DNA of 63,998 bases, filler included, from Rhabdomonas costata (lineage: Eukaryota): assembly GCA_019059605.1 (NCBI GenBank). It is 32 parts of 32 records of this genome, joined end to end, with 100 filler letters (N's around TTAATTAATTAA, not from the genome) between each part and the next. Parts side by side here need not be neighbours in the genome. Positions count along the whole stretch, not along the records: positions 1 to 1,905 come from JAHMHO010007551.1; positions 2,006 to 3,909 come from JAHMHO010007552.1; positions 4,010 to 5,913 come from JAHMHO010007553.1; positions 6,014 to 7,936 come from JAHMHO010007554.1; positions 8,037 to 9,939 come from JAHMHO010007555.1; positions 10,040 to 11,943 come from JAHMHO010007556.1; positions 12,044 to 13,947 come from JAHMHO010007557.1; 25 more parts are not named here. One strand, given 5' to 3'. The position numbers were made by a program, and so were the translations under genes. The stretch's first letter is position 1. Each line of letters opens with the position of its first letter. The notes under the pieces were generated by a model. The model was not told where the DNA came from and made no database searches. It worked only from the letters and a program-made list of their open reading frames with translations. Below, in pieces: positions 1 through 12,268 of the stretch.

Positions 1-618
1 GGGGTGTTGGTGGGTCTACCCTTTGCTTGGGCGTCCTACAGGGCAAACTATTGTAGCAGTGGAAGGGTAACAACAATGCGATGTTTTCCCCACCGCCAAT
101 TGAGCTTCCGTCAAAGCTTTGGGTGGAGGCAAGGAAGCGGGTTTTGAGTTCCGATAAAATGGTCTCTTGTCCCCGAGCTGTACACGTCAGCACAGTATCT
201 GGTAAGGGTGGGGGCTGACCCCGGTGATTCCAGGAAACCACGTTGTTTAAGCAAGCGGTGGGCGACTGGTATCACTCATATACCAAGCAGTAGGTATATA
301 CCTAGCAGTGTCTTATCTTCCGTGCTTGGAGTGGGTGGGGCTTGTTTTCTCCTATCCCTCTGAACCGTCATTTTTGCGGCTCACCCAACCCGTACCTTGA
401 CTGCGCAGCCGTATCGCTTCTGGGGTGGGTGGAGTTCCACCAGCTCTCTTTTGTGCACAGTTCTAACGGAACTCTTAACGCCGCTTCAAGCATTGATCGC
501 AAAATCCGTCTAGTTGTGGCGTTACTTAAAAAGCCGCAACTCTTTAACTCGTTCGATTCTGGCGGCACTCAGTGATGTTCAGGGGGGTGATGCCAGCTAG
601 TGGGCGTTTCTTTCCCAG

Positions 619-1309
619 GGGTCGATCGCGAGACGCGTCAGAAGATGGTCTCGCAGAAGGGGGTCACCCTGTGGATGACGGGGCTGTCGGGATCCGGCAA
701 GAGCACCATTGCAGTTGCCCTGGAGGAGGTTGGTTCCTGTCCTACTTTTGGTTGAAAGATTGGTGAGGTGAAATGAGCTTCACGCCCGTGATGCCACCTC
801 CTACAATATCAGGCTGCAAGTTGGCAGCAAGATGTAATTATTGGAAGACCCAAAAATGCAAGAACAGGGCGTTTGACCTCTGGAGCAGATTACTGTATGT
901 GGAATGAATATCGGTGTACCGGTTCCCCATGGCACGCTCGCTTCGAAGGTACCTCTGGCGAGACCTTCGGTGGCCAACAGCTTCAATCCACAGCAGTGGC
1001 CAGCAGCCTGTTAGGCAACAGCCCAGGCGTCCAACGCACAGACAGACACGCACACAACGCAAAGGCACACGGCACACATTTTTCGATTCACCACACAGTT
1101 GTCTTCAATCCCTTGTTCGCTGAACGACTGACTCGCTTTCCCTTTCCCTCCCTGCTCATGATTCGCTGGGGTTCGTCGCTGCGCAGAAGCTGCTGCAGAT
1201 GGGGTACCACACCTACCGCCTGGACGGCGACAACATCCGCTTTGGGCTGAACCGCAACCTGGGGTTTTCCCCCGAGGACAGAGCCGAGAACATCCGCCGC
1301 ATTGGGGAG
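619..1309 (+). CDS. cysC: Adenylyl-sulfate (APS) kinase, partial; exons 619-728 and 1187-1309
   Basis: The spliced translation [64 protein letters not shown] contains the P-loop and LDGDNIR motifs. The GT-AG intron 729-1186 preserves frame. Confidence 0.96.
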
Positions 1310-1905
1310 GTGCGCTGTGTAGTCTTTGTATCAACTCTGTGAATTGGGCACAAGCACGCGGCAGCTGGGAAGAACCTGTGCCTCTTCGGCGGGCAATACC
1401 TCTTGGACGGATGAGGAATTTAGCAGCGAGTGCAAACGACTGCCAGAGTGTGCCCTGTGTGTGCAAGGGATATGGGAAGCCGGATGGCGCCGGAAGGCAA
1501 CTTCTCGGAAGAATTTGTGTATCAGGTTGCTGGCGCAAGAACAGGGGACAGGAAAGGGCCAGAGAAGGAAGAGAGGGGGACGGAGACGGGGAGTGGGACT
1601 AAAGAATGAAGGCAAACGACGACGACAAAAATTGGGCAGCCGTCATCCCTGCAACGGACCCGTTCAACGTTAGGCTTGCAGTGAAGCCGGGGGGAGCAGT
1701 CAGGTTTTATAATGGTGAAGCCCATTATAACGTAAACCTTTGAAGGCCCACGTCCCTGGTATTGCAGGGTATGCTTAAGCTGGTCAGGGGCCAGGCACAA
1801 CTGCAGTCAAAACGAGGGGAGCAATCCTTCATCGCTCTTCGGAACCTTTACATTCCTGTTGTGAACAGCCGGGGATAATTATCGTCGCAGTTGTACCCCC
1901 CCACC

Positions 1906-2005
1906 NNNNNNNNNNNNNNNNNNNNNNNNNNNNNNNNNNNNNNNNNNNNTTAATTAATTAANNNNNNNNNNNNNNNNNNNNNNNNNNNNNNNNNNNNNNN
2001 NNNNN
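1906..2005. other. Artificial contig linker N44-TTAATTAATTAA-N44 (first of 31, recurring about every 2.0 kb up to 62016-62115)
   Basis: An identical 100-nt spacer with a six-frame-stop palindrome separates 32 near-equal-length contigs. Confidence 0.99.
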
Positions 2006-2037
2006 CAGAAAGACGAAGATTATTTCCTGTGTGCAAG

Positions 2038-2067
2038 CTACTAATCACTACTAATCACTACTAATCA
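2038..2067 (+). repeat. (CTACTAATCA)x3 tandem repeat
   Basis: Read directly from the sequence. Confidence 0.9.
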
Positions 2068-2215
2068 CCATCCTCCACCCCGCTGCTGAGATTCAGCCGT
2101 TCCTTCCTTCATTTCACCTCGCAACGAAATAGAAACTGTAGTGTGGAGCTTGGGGCCGTGCACAACCACCTTTGGATCCTTTTTGCCAATGGCTTATTCC
2201 TCTTTTTTCTCTCAG

Positions 2216-3823
2216 ATGCAAGCCAAGACCAACGAGGAGAAGACGGAGATCCCCGTCAGCGGGCTGGAGGTAAACCCTGTGGCCTCGGCGGCCACGTCGC
2301 TCTTCCAGCTCGGAGTCTCCCCACTGGAAAAGCTGCGCAGGGTGCACGAGCCCGTGTTGCTGAAGATTCAGGACCGCCAGCAGCAGGCCGTGCACAAGAT
2401 CAACAAGATGGAGCTGGTCCAGCAGGTGCATCGCTAACACAGCTGTCTCTTTCTCTTTCTCTCTCTCTCTGTTTATAAATGTGTTGGGGCTTTCAAAGGT
2501 CCAGCAGGTCCAGTGCACCACTCAGTTACTCCCGTCATTCTTATGACTAATTGACCACCTGACGCACCTCTCAACTCTTCATCAAACTTCTGTTCACCGC
2601 AATACGCTCACATCAACTCCATACCAGCTCCAAAAGTCCGATTTACCGCCTCCGCTCCTCCCACCCTTACTTTTCTTTTCAGGACGTGATCATGCTGCTG
2701 AGCCAAGTCCCCGACCTAGCGGAGATCAAGGATCAGGTGCAGCGCGCTCAGGTAGTCTTCGAGTCCCAGTGCACCGCGGATGAGAAGCAGTCCAGGGAGA
2801 TCCTGGAAAGGATGCAGGTCCATACATACACAGGCAACCACACACACACGTGGTCCCAGTCTATATCGTGGATGACCTCCCTCTGCAACTGGAGCTGGAC
2901 CCGGACCCATGGAGTTGTGTGGATTTTGAGCCAGACTGGCTGGTTGCGACCTCAACGTTGGTGGGATGGTGGCGCTCCTGAGTCGAGTATTCCCGCCTCC
3001 GCATTCCGGTTAGTATGACGTCTGGGAAGGTCCTTTTGCGATCTGTCTGCCTGAATATGCCTGCATACGCAGCCTAAGCTGTCGGACCTGCTGCTTGGCA
3101 CACCTGAGAGTAGACCCCGGGAGTATCTCATTTGGTTTCGAGTCGTCCAGAATGCTTCAGTTTGAAGCTGCTCTCCAGCTACGTATGGGCCTTTTTGAAG
3201 TGGACCTCGGTCTGAAACAACCCCCAGAGGCCTTTCAAGGGGCCTTCCGGAGCACCTTTTCAGGCCCTGTTTGGCCTTTTAAGAAGGTTTGGCCTCTGTG
3301 TTTGTGTGCACCTTTCCTGTTTAGATCCTTCTTGCGGAGCGCGAGGAGCCCCTGCGGTCCGTGGAGAACAAGCGCAGGCAGAAGGAGGCCGAGCTGCGCA
3401 CCCTGAGGTTCTGTTGCTTCCTCCCATGCGACACCAAAGCGATGCGCAGGAATCGCATCTTCCATTTTTCGTTTATCAACTAAAAACGTTCCTCGGTGGT
3501 TTATACTCTGCACCGCTAGAAGCCAGAGATCAAAACTGGATCAAAACTGCATCCTGGGGGGCTGAGATTGTGGCCGAAATCGGATGACACGATGATATGG
3601 CTCCAGCTAAAGATCATACACGCACATTTAAGCCGTGCAAGGGTTGACCCCGAAAGATTTCCGGGTTTCTGGACTCACTTGCAGGACCTCGATCGGGACG
3701 CAGCGGGCGGAGCTGCAGGAGAAGTTTGCCACTCTGCTGCAGACCGAGGAACAGGTTGCGTACATACTCAGGGAGCACGAGTTCCTGAACGCCGTCCGCC
3801 GCCGCGTCGAGGACGAGGTGTGA
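2216..3823 (+). CDS. Coiled-coil protein of unknown function, partial; exons 2216-2425, 2683-2817, 3325-3407, 3685-3823
   Basis: Four GC3-rich exons are joined in frame by GT-AG introns. The product is E/Q/K/R/L-rich and helical. Confidence 0.8.
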
Positions 3824-4009
3824 TGGCCTCACCGCAGAGCATCTTTCGCCCCCTCCTCCTTTCCCCGGTGCCTCAGCATTCATGCGGATAGCATAACATA
3901 CCCCAAAAANNNNNNNNNNNNNNNNNNNNNNNNNNNNNNNNNNNNNNNNNNNNTTAATTAATTAANNNNNNNNNNNNNNNNNNNNNNNNNNNNNNNNNNN
4001 NNNNNNNNN

Positions 4010-5462
4010 TGTGGGGGGTCAAGCCTGCCGCCAGCGCAGCGGCGGATCCTCCCGACGAGCCGCCCGGAGTACGAGCGAGATTCTGACGAGGGTAAAACAG
4101 AGTTGACCCCTACCCTCTCGCAAATCTTTCGTTCGAAACAAAGATCGAGCCAAAATGTGCTGGAAATGCGGCACAGGACACCAATTACGAACATTGCCCC
4201 GAATCAACCGGGTCAAGGGAAAAATCAAAGTGGAAAATACCCAGGGGTTAGAGCACAGGCCGTAGCGGCGGTTATAGGTTTGCCAGTCGCCCGCCAACAT
4301 GGGCATGTTCGTGCGTCCAAAGATCACTGCCCCTGCATTCGATAGCCGTTGGACGGCATCGGCAGATCGGCGAGGGCGGTGATTCCCCAATGCTGAAAAC
4401 CCACCACTGGTGCACAGCTGACCTTCGGCCTCCCAACTGTCCTTCACCAACATGGGAACCCCATGTAAAGTGCCCCATATGTCTCCCTTTGCCAATGCTG
4501 TGAAAAAAATAAGGGACAGGAGGATCACTATGTTCGGTGAGACTATTTAACGCCAAATCGTCTAAGCACACCTTAGCCTTAGACCTTACACCTTACACCT
4601 TACCCCGGAAAAAAATTCAAACGACAGAAACAACACTCCCAGCAAAAGCCACGGATTCTGAATGGCGAACGTACCAAATGAAGAGCAATTATTTCAAACC
4701 TTGACGCACAAATAGATCAGGACTGTCGCAACAAAGCTCGCATTTTTTCCCAGAATTTTCATTTGCTGCAGCTATTGTGCTTTATTTCCCCAAATTTCAC
4801 ATGAACCCTAAAAAACTTAGACAAATTTAACAACCGAGTTACAGACTCAATAATCTCTCCAACTAAACAATTTTTCTCCAACAAATGTCAAGTCGCCATG
4901 AAGAACTGCAGCTCGCCCAGCTGTATCTGGGAGAGGGGTCGGTGGGTCTTGGGATGGTCTTGCCAATGGGTCCGATAGGCTAGATAGGACGGCACCCCAC
5001 GTGAGTAGGAAGGGGTTGCAGTTTCAACGGATTTAACGGATTTGAAGAGATTTAATGACGCAAATGGAATTTCGGACGTCGCCCGTAGCCCTCCAATTTC
5101 GCTTGAGCAAGAGGATCAGGACAAACTGCGGTTCCATAGAAATTCCGGTCAAGGGCTGAAGGCATCACACTGTGAAAGATGGACACTTGTTTTCATCTGC
5201 TTTGCTTGCTTCACATTTCACACGAGAGTCTCACCCAGAGAGTCTCACCCAAGCCCGGCTCGAAAAAAAAGGCACCTTCATCGGCCTTTTCAGCACGGCG
5301 CAAAGCAGCCTCTGCATCCATCCAAATGACTGCTCTCAAATCCTTGTTAAGGACATCCACCCTTCGAAGAAAATATTGCAGCGCGTCAACACTGGTTATC
5401 CTCTTCGACTGAATTGCCCTCGAAAGCGAACTTGCACTCCGAAAAAAGTGTGTTTGAGCCAT
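4010..5462 (-). CDS. Amidase-signature family enzyme, N-terminal part; exons 5462-5276, 4497-4241, 4082-4010
   Basis: The translation shows LHGVPMLVKD (catalytic Lys), AGAVIFGRTNMP and SNPW|NLARTPGGSSGGSAAALAAG, joined by in-frame GT-AG introns. Confidence 0.95.
5224..5251 (+). repeat. 14-bp perfect tandem duplication GAGAGTCTCACCCA in the amidase intron
   Basis: Read directly from the sequence. Confidence 0.9.
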
Positions 5463-6013
5463 TCAGATGTCGCACAGACAGACGCTGGAAAAGACATTAA
5501 AACACAAACGGGCCAAAACGAGTGAGCGGTTGGACTGGGTGAAGCACGAGCTGGCAAACAACCCTGACCTGGTGGACTGGTGGACAAGGTGGCTCCTCTA
5601 TTAAATGCTCCCTATAAAACTCTAATTATTTGACATTATCAAGGCATCAAAGAAAAAACATCCCTGAGAAATCTGCCTTGCTAATGACACCACCCATCCT
5701 TTGTTAGAACCTTGGATCTCCAACACATCCTACCAGCAAAAGCTGGCTATCAGTGTGGGGTGGCAAAGGTCACCTGACCCTGTTTCTAAAACAACATCAG
5801 CAAGGCCTGGCAGAGTTTATCAATACCCCAGAACAGAGCAACACCATATCCTAATATCGACTTCATCCCCTTTCGAGCAAGTTGCCCTCCCATCATGGCG
5901 TTGAGTACCAAAANNNNNNNNNNNNNNNNNNNNNNNNNNNNNNNNNNNNNNNNNNNNTTAATTAATTAANNNNNNNNNNNNNNNNNNNNNNNNNNNNNNN
6001 NNNNNNNNNNNNN

Positions 6014-6754
6014 TGTTGTTTTCATTACTGCTGTCCACGAGCAGGAGCTCCAGGGTTGGTGAGCCCACAACGGGCGTCTCAATCAGCTCCAGGGAGCTGT
6101 GATGGAAAAAACAGCTCGCCAACAGCAGTAATGAAAACAACATGGCAAACAAAAAGAACTCATCTGCGCAAAGCTTTGTGTCCGGCACGGAGCAGGGCCT
6201 TGGGCATTGGTTTTCCTGTGTGGACTAATGTACGTATATCTACGTCTGGAGGGCTATGCCTGGGGTCTTTGTATATGCAGCAAGTCTCCCGAAACACTGC
6301 AGCGGCCGGTCCTTGGGGTCGGAGTTTGATGAATTTACTGGCCTTTCATCCTCTGCCAGTTGTGGTGCGCCTTGACGGCTCTTTTTATCCCTTTTCCAGC
6401 GCTTCTAGCCTCACACAGGGAAGGGTTTAGGACAGCACCAACAACGTACTGACAAAAAACTAACCCACGCCGAACGGGACCAGGCAACTGGAGCTTGGCA
6501 GCCTCAAGCCCACAAGCGGGGGCTTCAAGCATCCCTCGCATGCGCCTGATAGCTGCACAAGACTCTCATTTTTTTAAAGGAAGTTGGAAGTGAGGGGGCG
6601 AAGAGGAACACCCGATGAAGAGGTGCCGGAGCCGAGGCAGGGAGGAGACCAGCTTGGTAAGTGCGTCGGTGGTGAGCCTGGAGCATCCGGAGACGTCCAA
6701 GACCTAAGAAGGCGACAGAACCCCTGGAAAGAGCCCCGTGGGCAGGCACGGAGG

Positions 6755-6798
<44 letters not shown>

Positions 6799-7847
6799 AG
6801 GATACCCTGTGGATGCAGCGGTTGGTTTTCGTTTGCAACCTTGAATAGGGCTCGACCTAGTTCGGAGCCCGTCCGTCCGTCACAGTATGCTTCCTGTTCA
6901 ACGGAACTCACGACAGGAACTTGAGGCCATCGCCATCGCCATTGCCGATCAGCAAATAATGCATCATCACACCAAGAATAAGATATCATGGACTTGTTTG
7001 GTGAAAGAAAGGAAAATTATGACAGGAAAGGGACACTACGCACATCATAAGCAGCGGTGGAAATCATGATCCGAAACTCCCAAATTTGCCAGTATGTGGT
7101 ACATAGCTATTCAGAATCATTTTTCTGACTGCTGCTTGTTTTTTTTTTTTGCCTGCTTTCTCTCACCAATGAAAAATGGCGATTTCCACAGCAAGGCACA
7201 TGACTCAAAAAAAAACCAGAACACAAGATCCCAAGATCGTCGTTTAGACGTGGGTGTGTATGGTGCCGCGATAAAGGGTCTACCCCCCACAATTTTTAAC
7301 TGCAGTGTGTCGATGTCGGGATCTGTCGCCCGTGGAATAGGGCTTCTTGCGCTTTTGTAGGTGCGCTCCACTTTTGCCTTTCGTCATCTTTCACCTTCAT
7401 TTGCATCTTTCTGTGTGCCGGATGCAAGGCGGACACAAGGCGCACTATCATACAGAAGACTGTTCCATCCTCTTCAGCGGTTTTTCTTCTGGGCACGCCT
7501 GCGCCCAAACTTTTCAGGGTTGCGGGAAGGAAAACCATAAAATAGAATAGAAAACAAGGGCGGCGTCAATTACGTCGACGTGCGGCGGGTAAGGTTCAAA
7601 TCCAGAGTGCTTGCATCCCGCCCACAGAACTGTTGCGGGCCCAACACAGCCGTGCGTGTGCAGGTGAGGATGAGCGTGCGTTACCTCAATGGCACTGGCG
7701 CCCCTGGCGCACACCACCTGGGGGTTCACCAGCTTGCTGCACGAGGTGGCGTACAGCTCGCGCAGCAGGGGAAGCTGCAGGGTAAGCACGCGGAAGGTCT
7801 CATCGGTGAGCTGCGAGCATCCGTTCAGCACCAGAACCTTCAGCTTG
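6014..7847 (-). CDS. Leucine-rich-repeat protein (FBXL/AMN1-like Cys-containing LRRs), internal exons
   Basis: Exon 7847-7718 reads KLKVLVLNGCSQLTDETFRVLTLQLPLLRELYATSCSKLVNPQ. An exon near 6704-6650 reads VLDVSGCSRLTTDALTKL. Other exon limits are uncertain. Confidence 0.75.
6758..6794 (+). repeat. (GT)n microsatellite
   Basis: Read directly from the sequence. Confidence 0.98.
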
Positions 7848-8390
7848 CTGGGACCACACAAACATACAAGAACACATTTTCGGGGTTGCTGAAGATTGTT
7901 CCCCCCAGAAATAAAAGAAAATAATTGCCCACAAACNNNNNNNNNNNNNNNNNNNNNNNNNNNNNNNNNNNNNNNNNNNNTTAATTAATTAANNNNNNNN
8001 NNNNNNNNNNNNNNNNNNNNNNNNNNNNNNNNNNNNGTGTTGGTGTGTTTGGGTGTTGTTGGGAACGAATGTTTGTGCAGGTCTCATCCTTTCCCCAATA
8101 AAAGGGGGTAAGTCCTCTCTGTTAATCAATCATTGTCACCACCATTCATCATCAACATAACAATCATCTTCAATGCGGATAGCTGCCACAGTTGGCGAAG
8201 CCAACACTGGTCTTAAGGACCACATGAGAATGTGCAGGTACTTCTTAATTCAGGGCGAATGTTGAAGTTACGTGTGGCCTGGCCAAGTCCTTTCGGAAAT
8301 TCTCACCCCGATACGACTCAACACTCCATGATCAAGATCTGTCATCAGTGCTCACAGTGCAAAATGTCCCCACAAAACAACCCCTAAAAG

Positions 8391-9442
8391 GTGATCTCAC
8401 TGTCCCCGGAGCTGCAGGCCTGCCTGGAGTGCGAGATGTACTCCGCGCTGTACTTCTGCCGGGCCTGTGGGCACTGCTACTGCGGGCCCTGCTGGTCCCG
8501 CCGGCACTCCGCCGCGGTACGTGCGCACCACCCCCAGCTGGTGCTCGGGGTGGACGACAGGAAGCGCAAGAACCTCGAGGCCGTCAGCTTTGGGTTCCTC
8601 ACCAGGGTAGCCTCCCCCCACCACGTGCCAAGCACCACCCGCATCACAGATGCACTATCCCCTTACATCATGGGGCCTCCTTCAACAGACTTTCACGCAT
8701 GACCTGACGAGTTTTTTGTTGCGATTGTTTTCTTTCCCGCGGAAAGGACGAGAACAGAATGAGACTGGGGTGTGGCGAAGAAGGCACAAAGGCGGGGCGA
8801 GTATGTATGTGCGATGCGTGTTTTTGGCGTCAGAAAACCCGAGTCACGTCACGTACCTCGAAAAACGGGGTGCGTGGTCGGCGCATACACACACACACAC
8901 GCCATGCACACACACATGAACGCACGCACCAGCGCACATACACACCGAGGCGACCCACATACAGCTCTCTCAGCTTCCACCCACACATGTACGCACACTT
9001 CCACGCACATCCTTGAGTAACAGTACCATTACTGCCCTGGAATTCACTGCGCTTTAAAAGCATTTTTAGGTGTTATGTTTTATTCACTACTCACACATTT
9101 ACACACACCACACCACCGGGGGGCGGAACGTGCAACACCGTGTTTTTGTGAAGAAAAAACGGTACTAGCATATGACTTTCCAGGGTTGGTGGGAAAGCGG
9201 AAGTTCAGACGCGCCACCGTTGTTGTTGTTGGAGGCCCTTGCGTTACGGTTTGCCCAGGATGCCTACGACAACAACGTCGTGATTCCCGAGAGTTCCCAC
9301 ACCACGTTTGAGGTCATGGTGGAGTTCATCGAGTTCGTGAAGGACCCCCGTGCGGGAAAGGACCTGAAGGGCAAGGGCAAGAAGCAGGCCCCCTTTCCGA
9401 TCCAGGTCTCCACCGCCGAGGGAATCACCTTTGACTTTGAAG
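8391..9442 (+). CDS. B-box-type zinc finger protein, internal exons 8391-8606 and 9259-9442
   Basis: CLECEMYSALYFCRACGHCYCGPCWSRRHSAAVRAHH fits CxxC..CxxC..CxxC..H..H. The second exon (DAYDNNVVIPESSHTTFEV...) joins in phase 0. Confidence 0.8.
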
Positions 9443-9510
9443 GTGCGTCGCTCCCACCGCACGCCCCATGATGTCTGTCTTTGCACATCACACACACAGT
9501 TCGCAGAACA

Positions 9511-9548
9511 GGAAGAAGAAGAAGAAGAGGAGGAGGAGGAGGAAGAAG
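9511..9548 (+). repeat. (GAA)n(GGA)n trinucleotide tract
   Basis: Read directly from the sequence. Confidence 0.9.
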
Positions 9549-10239
9549 TGAGATTACCACATGTGGAACGTTCGGTGTAGATACCGATGCAGCCCATTCA
9601 CCCATCCGAAAGAAAAGCTCCAGGGGTCGTTCCCACGAGAAAAGGCCCCAGCCCCTCAAGGAAGGAGTCGCAGAGACCTGATCAGCAATGGAGCAATGCA
9701 GGTAGCCGCTGGAAAAGAGCAGCTGCGCGACAAAGGCCCGGGACCCGTGGGACTGAAGGGAGGTTACCAGATGTGGAACGTTGGGCGGTGAGCCGGTTCC
9801 GGTTTCCCACGGCACCATTCGCTCCAACGACACCTCTCTCGAGTACCCGTGGCCAGCAGCGCGTGCGCCAGTCAGTCCACCGTTGTCACCAACAACCAAG
9901 CAACCAGTCAACAGGCAACAGCCAGCGCGCAATGCCAAANNNNNNNNNNNNNNNNNNNNNNNNNNNNNNNNNNNNNNNNNNNNTTAATTAATTAANNNNN
10001 NNNNNNNNNNNNNNNNNNNNNNNNNNNNNNNNNNNNNNNGTGTGGGTGGGATGGCAGTTTGAAATCTCCCGCCACTCCCTCGGACTCCCTCTTCTTGACT
10101 TCTTGTCTTGTTTGTTTGGCTTGCGCACCTGACTGTTGTGGAAACTGTTATGGAAACCATCCCTGGCCTTTTCTTCATTGCATCTTATTGGCTACATGCC
10201 AAGGCAGTTTTAAATTCTTTCTGTGTGGGGCGTACGAAG

Positions 10240-11943
10240 GCGCCCAGGAAGGACATCAAGAAGTTCATGGAGCATGCCAGCCACCAGCTGAAGTTCCAGC
10301 TCCGGCTGGAGGGTGGCGATGACACCAACGCCATCCGCCGCTTCGTGCTGACCTACTTCCTGGCCGATGACAGCCTCTCCATCTTTGAGCCCTCCCAGAG
10401 GTTCCGGCGAAGCGCTGCGCGCTACCAGAGCATTCTGAATACCCGTTGAGTCATAAAGCGCGGCGGGGGAGTGGGGCGTTCAGGGGTGTTAAAAAAAGAA
10501 AAATGCTCTCTGTGGGTTGCTTTTCGCAGCAATGAAAGTTGAGCATCGCTCACCTTTCATTGCTCACACCACTTTTCTTCGGGAGCCTGCGCCATGGTCC
10601 CTTCTTTCTCCTCTTTTCTTTTCTTTTCTTTTCTTTCTCTCAATCACGAACTGTATCCCTTTCACCGATCACCTTTTATTCTGGCTGGAGAGTATATATG
10701 TCAACTCCTGCCTCTTTTTTCTTTGCGGCCAGAAAGGTGCACGTAGCTTTGGCATCAAGAAGCCTTTCTTGTCGCCAGGATGACTGCACCAAGATACCTT
10801 TTTGCGATGCGGTCGACAGTGCTCATCTGATCTTTTCTGCCGTGCTGGATTTTGAATCGGGCTCTTGCAGTTTTTAAGCTACTGCAAAAAAAAAGCGAAC
10901 AAGACAAAGTCACTTTCGAGCAGGATACGCGTATGGTTGGAATGTTTATGGTTGCAATGCGGATACAATTTTCTGATTCGGTGATAGATTTCTAGATTTC
11001 CAGATTTCTCTTCTTTCACGTGTGAGAAAAGTGATGAAGCAAGGAGGTTGTTTTTGGACTCGTGTTTACGGCAATCCGCGTTTCTGACTATAGTAGGCTC
11101 CACTGTAAACTGAGACTTTTGCCACAGCCGTTAGAGCACACGTTAGCACACGCTGAGCGCAACAAAATCAGGGCAGTCAGTAGGTTGCCTGATGTCTGGG
11201 CTTGAATGTGCACGGCATGCACCAGAAACTCCTTCCTTCATCTTCAAAAAGACAGTCCTTTTCCCCGAAATTTCGCCTTTGCACGGTGTGCCTAAAGTTA
11301 TGAAAGGACCGGAGTTTCACTCAAATCGCCGCGCCTTGGGCTCCTCGCGCGCGCTTGCGTGTGTGGAAACTCGAAAACAATCACACCCACTTTCAGTTTT
11401 GGCACCAGCGGCAAAAAGAGGGTGAAAAGACTTGTGTTCGGAATGCTACAGATTTAACTCTTTTCCAGGTGGAGCTAGCCTTATTTCGGGTGGGGGGGGG
11501 CTTGCAGCAGCGCGGATTTTGCCTGGTCTGCCAGCGGGACCTGCACTAATGGCCTCCTGGGATCAGATCGAACCTGGGTACCCCTTCCCATTAACAAAGT
11601 GTGAATCATATCCCAAAGGACGGGACAGTTGACGGGCCGATCACCAAAAACAGAACGCTGCGACAAAAATACCAGGCTTCCACTGAACCGTCAGAACACG
11701 AGTCCTGCACGGTACTATCCAGGTATATCTAGATATAAGTGAAGGAAAGCCACCACCAGAAAGGGCATGGAGTCGCTCAGTTGCAGTTGAATGGTGGTAC
11801 TCCTGAGGGCTAAGTTGAGCTTGCCAACTTAGGATTGCTTGCTGTGCTCCTGCTCTTGGGTTATGCGGGTTGTTGCCTTTTTCCCTGTGCAGGAACTCTG
11901 GGATTACTGGAGGGAAGTTACTGCAGCGCAGCCGAGTGCGGAA
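10240..11943 (+). CDS. DM10-domain axonemal protein (EFHC1/EFHC2/Rib72 family), internal exons 10240-10400 and 11893-11943
   Basis: RRFVLTYFLADDSLSIFEPSQR|NSGITGGKLLQRSRVR is the DM10 signature, split by the GT-AG intron 10401-11892. Confidence 0.93.
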
Positions 11944-12268
11944 NNNNNNNNNNNNNNNNNNNNNNNNNNNNNNNNNNNNNNNNNNNNTTAATTAATTAAN
12001 NNNNNNNNNNNNNNNNNNNNNNNNNNNNNNNNNNNNNNNNNNNGGTTGTGGGACACAAAATCATGGGGCTCGAGTGGCATCGCACCCATAGCCCATTGGG
12101 GAGGGGGCGGTGGCAATAATGGGGAACAGTCTCTCCAATGGAACTGCCATCGAAATTTGCTACTGCCGTCTGCACTAGGAAAAAAGTTCCGGTTGCACGC
12201 GGAGGATGGACGGACGGCGAGCTAGCTAACTGCGGTTGCAGGTGCATGGCAAGCACAGCCATAAAAAC

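Noticed and set aside
540..570. tRNA T-arm-like GTTCGATTC (also at 53091)
   Set aside because: No cloverleaf or acceptor stem can be built around either site.
4570..4606. (ACCTTAC/G)n as telomeric repeat
   Set aside because: It is a short degenerate intronic tandem that does not match CCCTAA.
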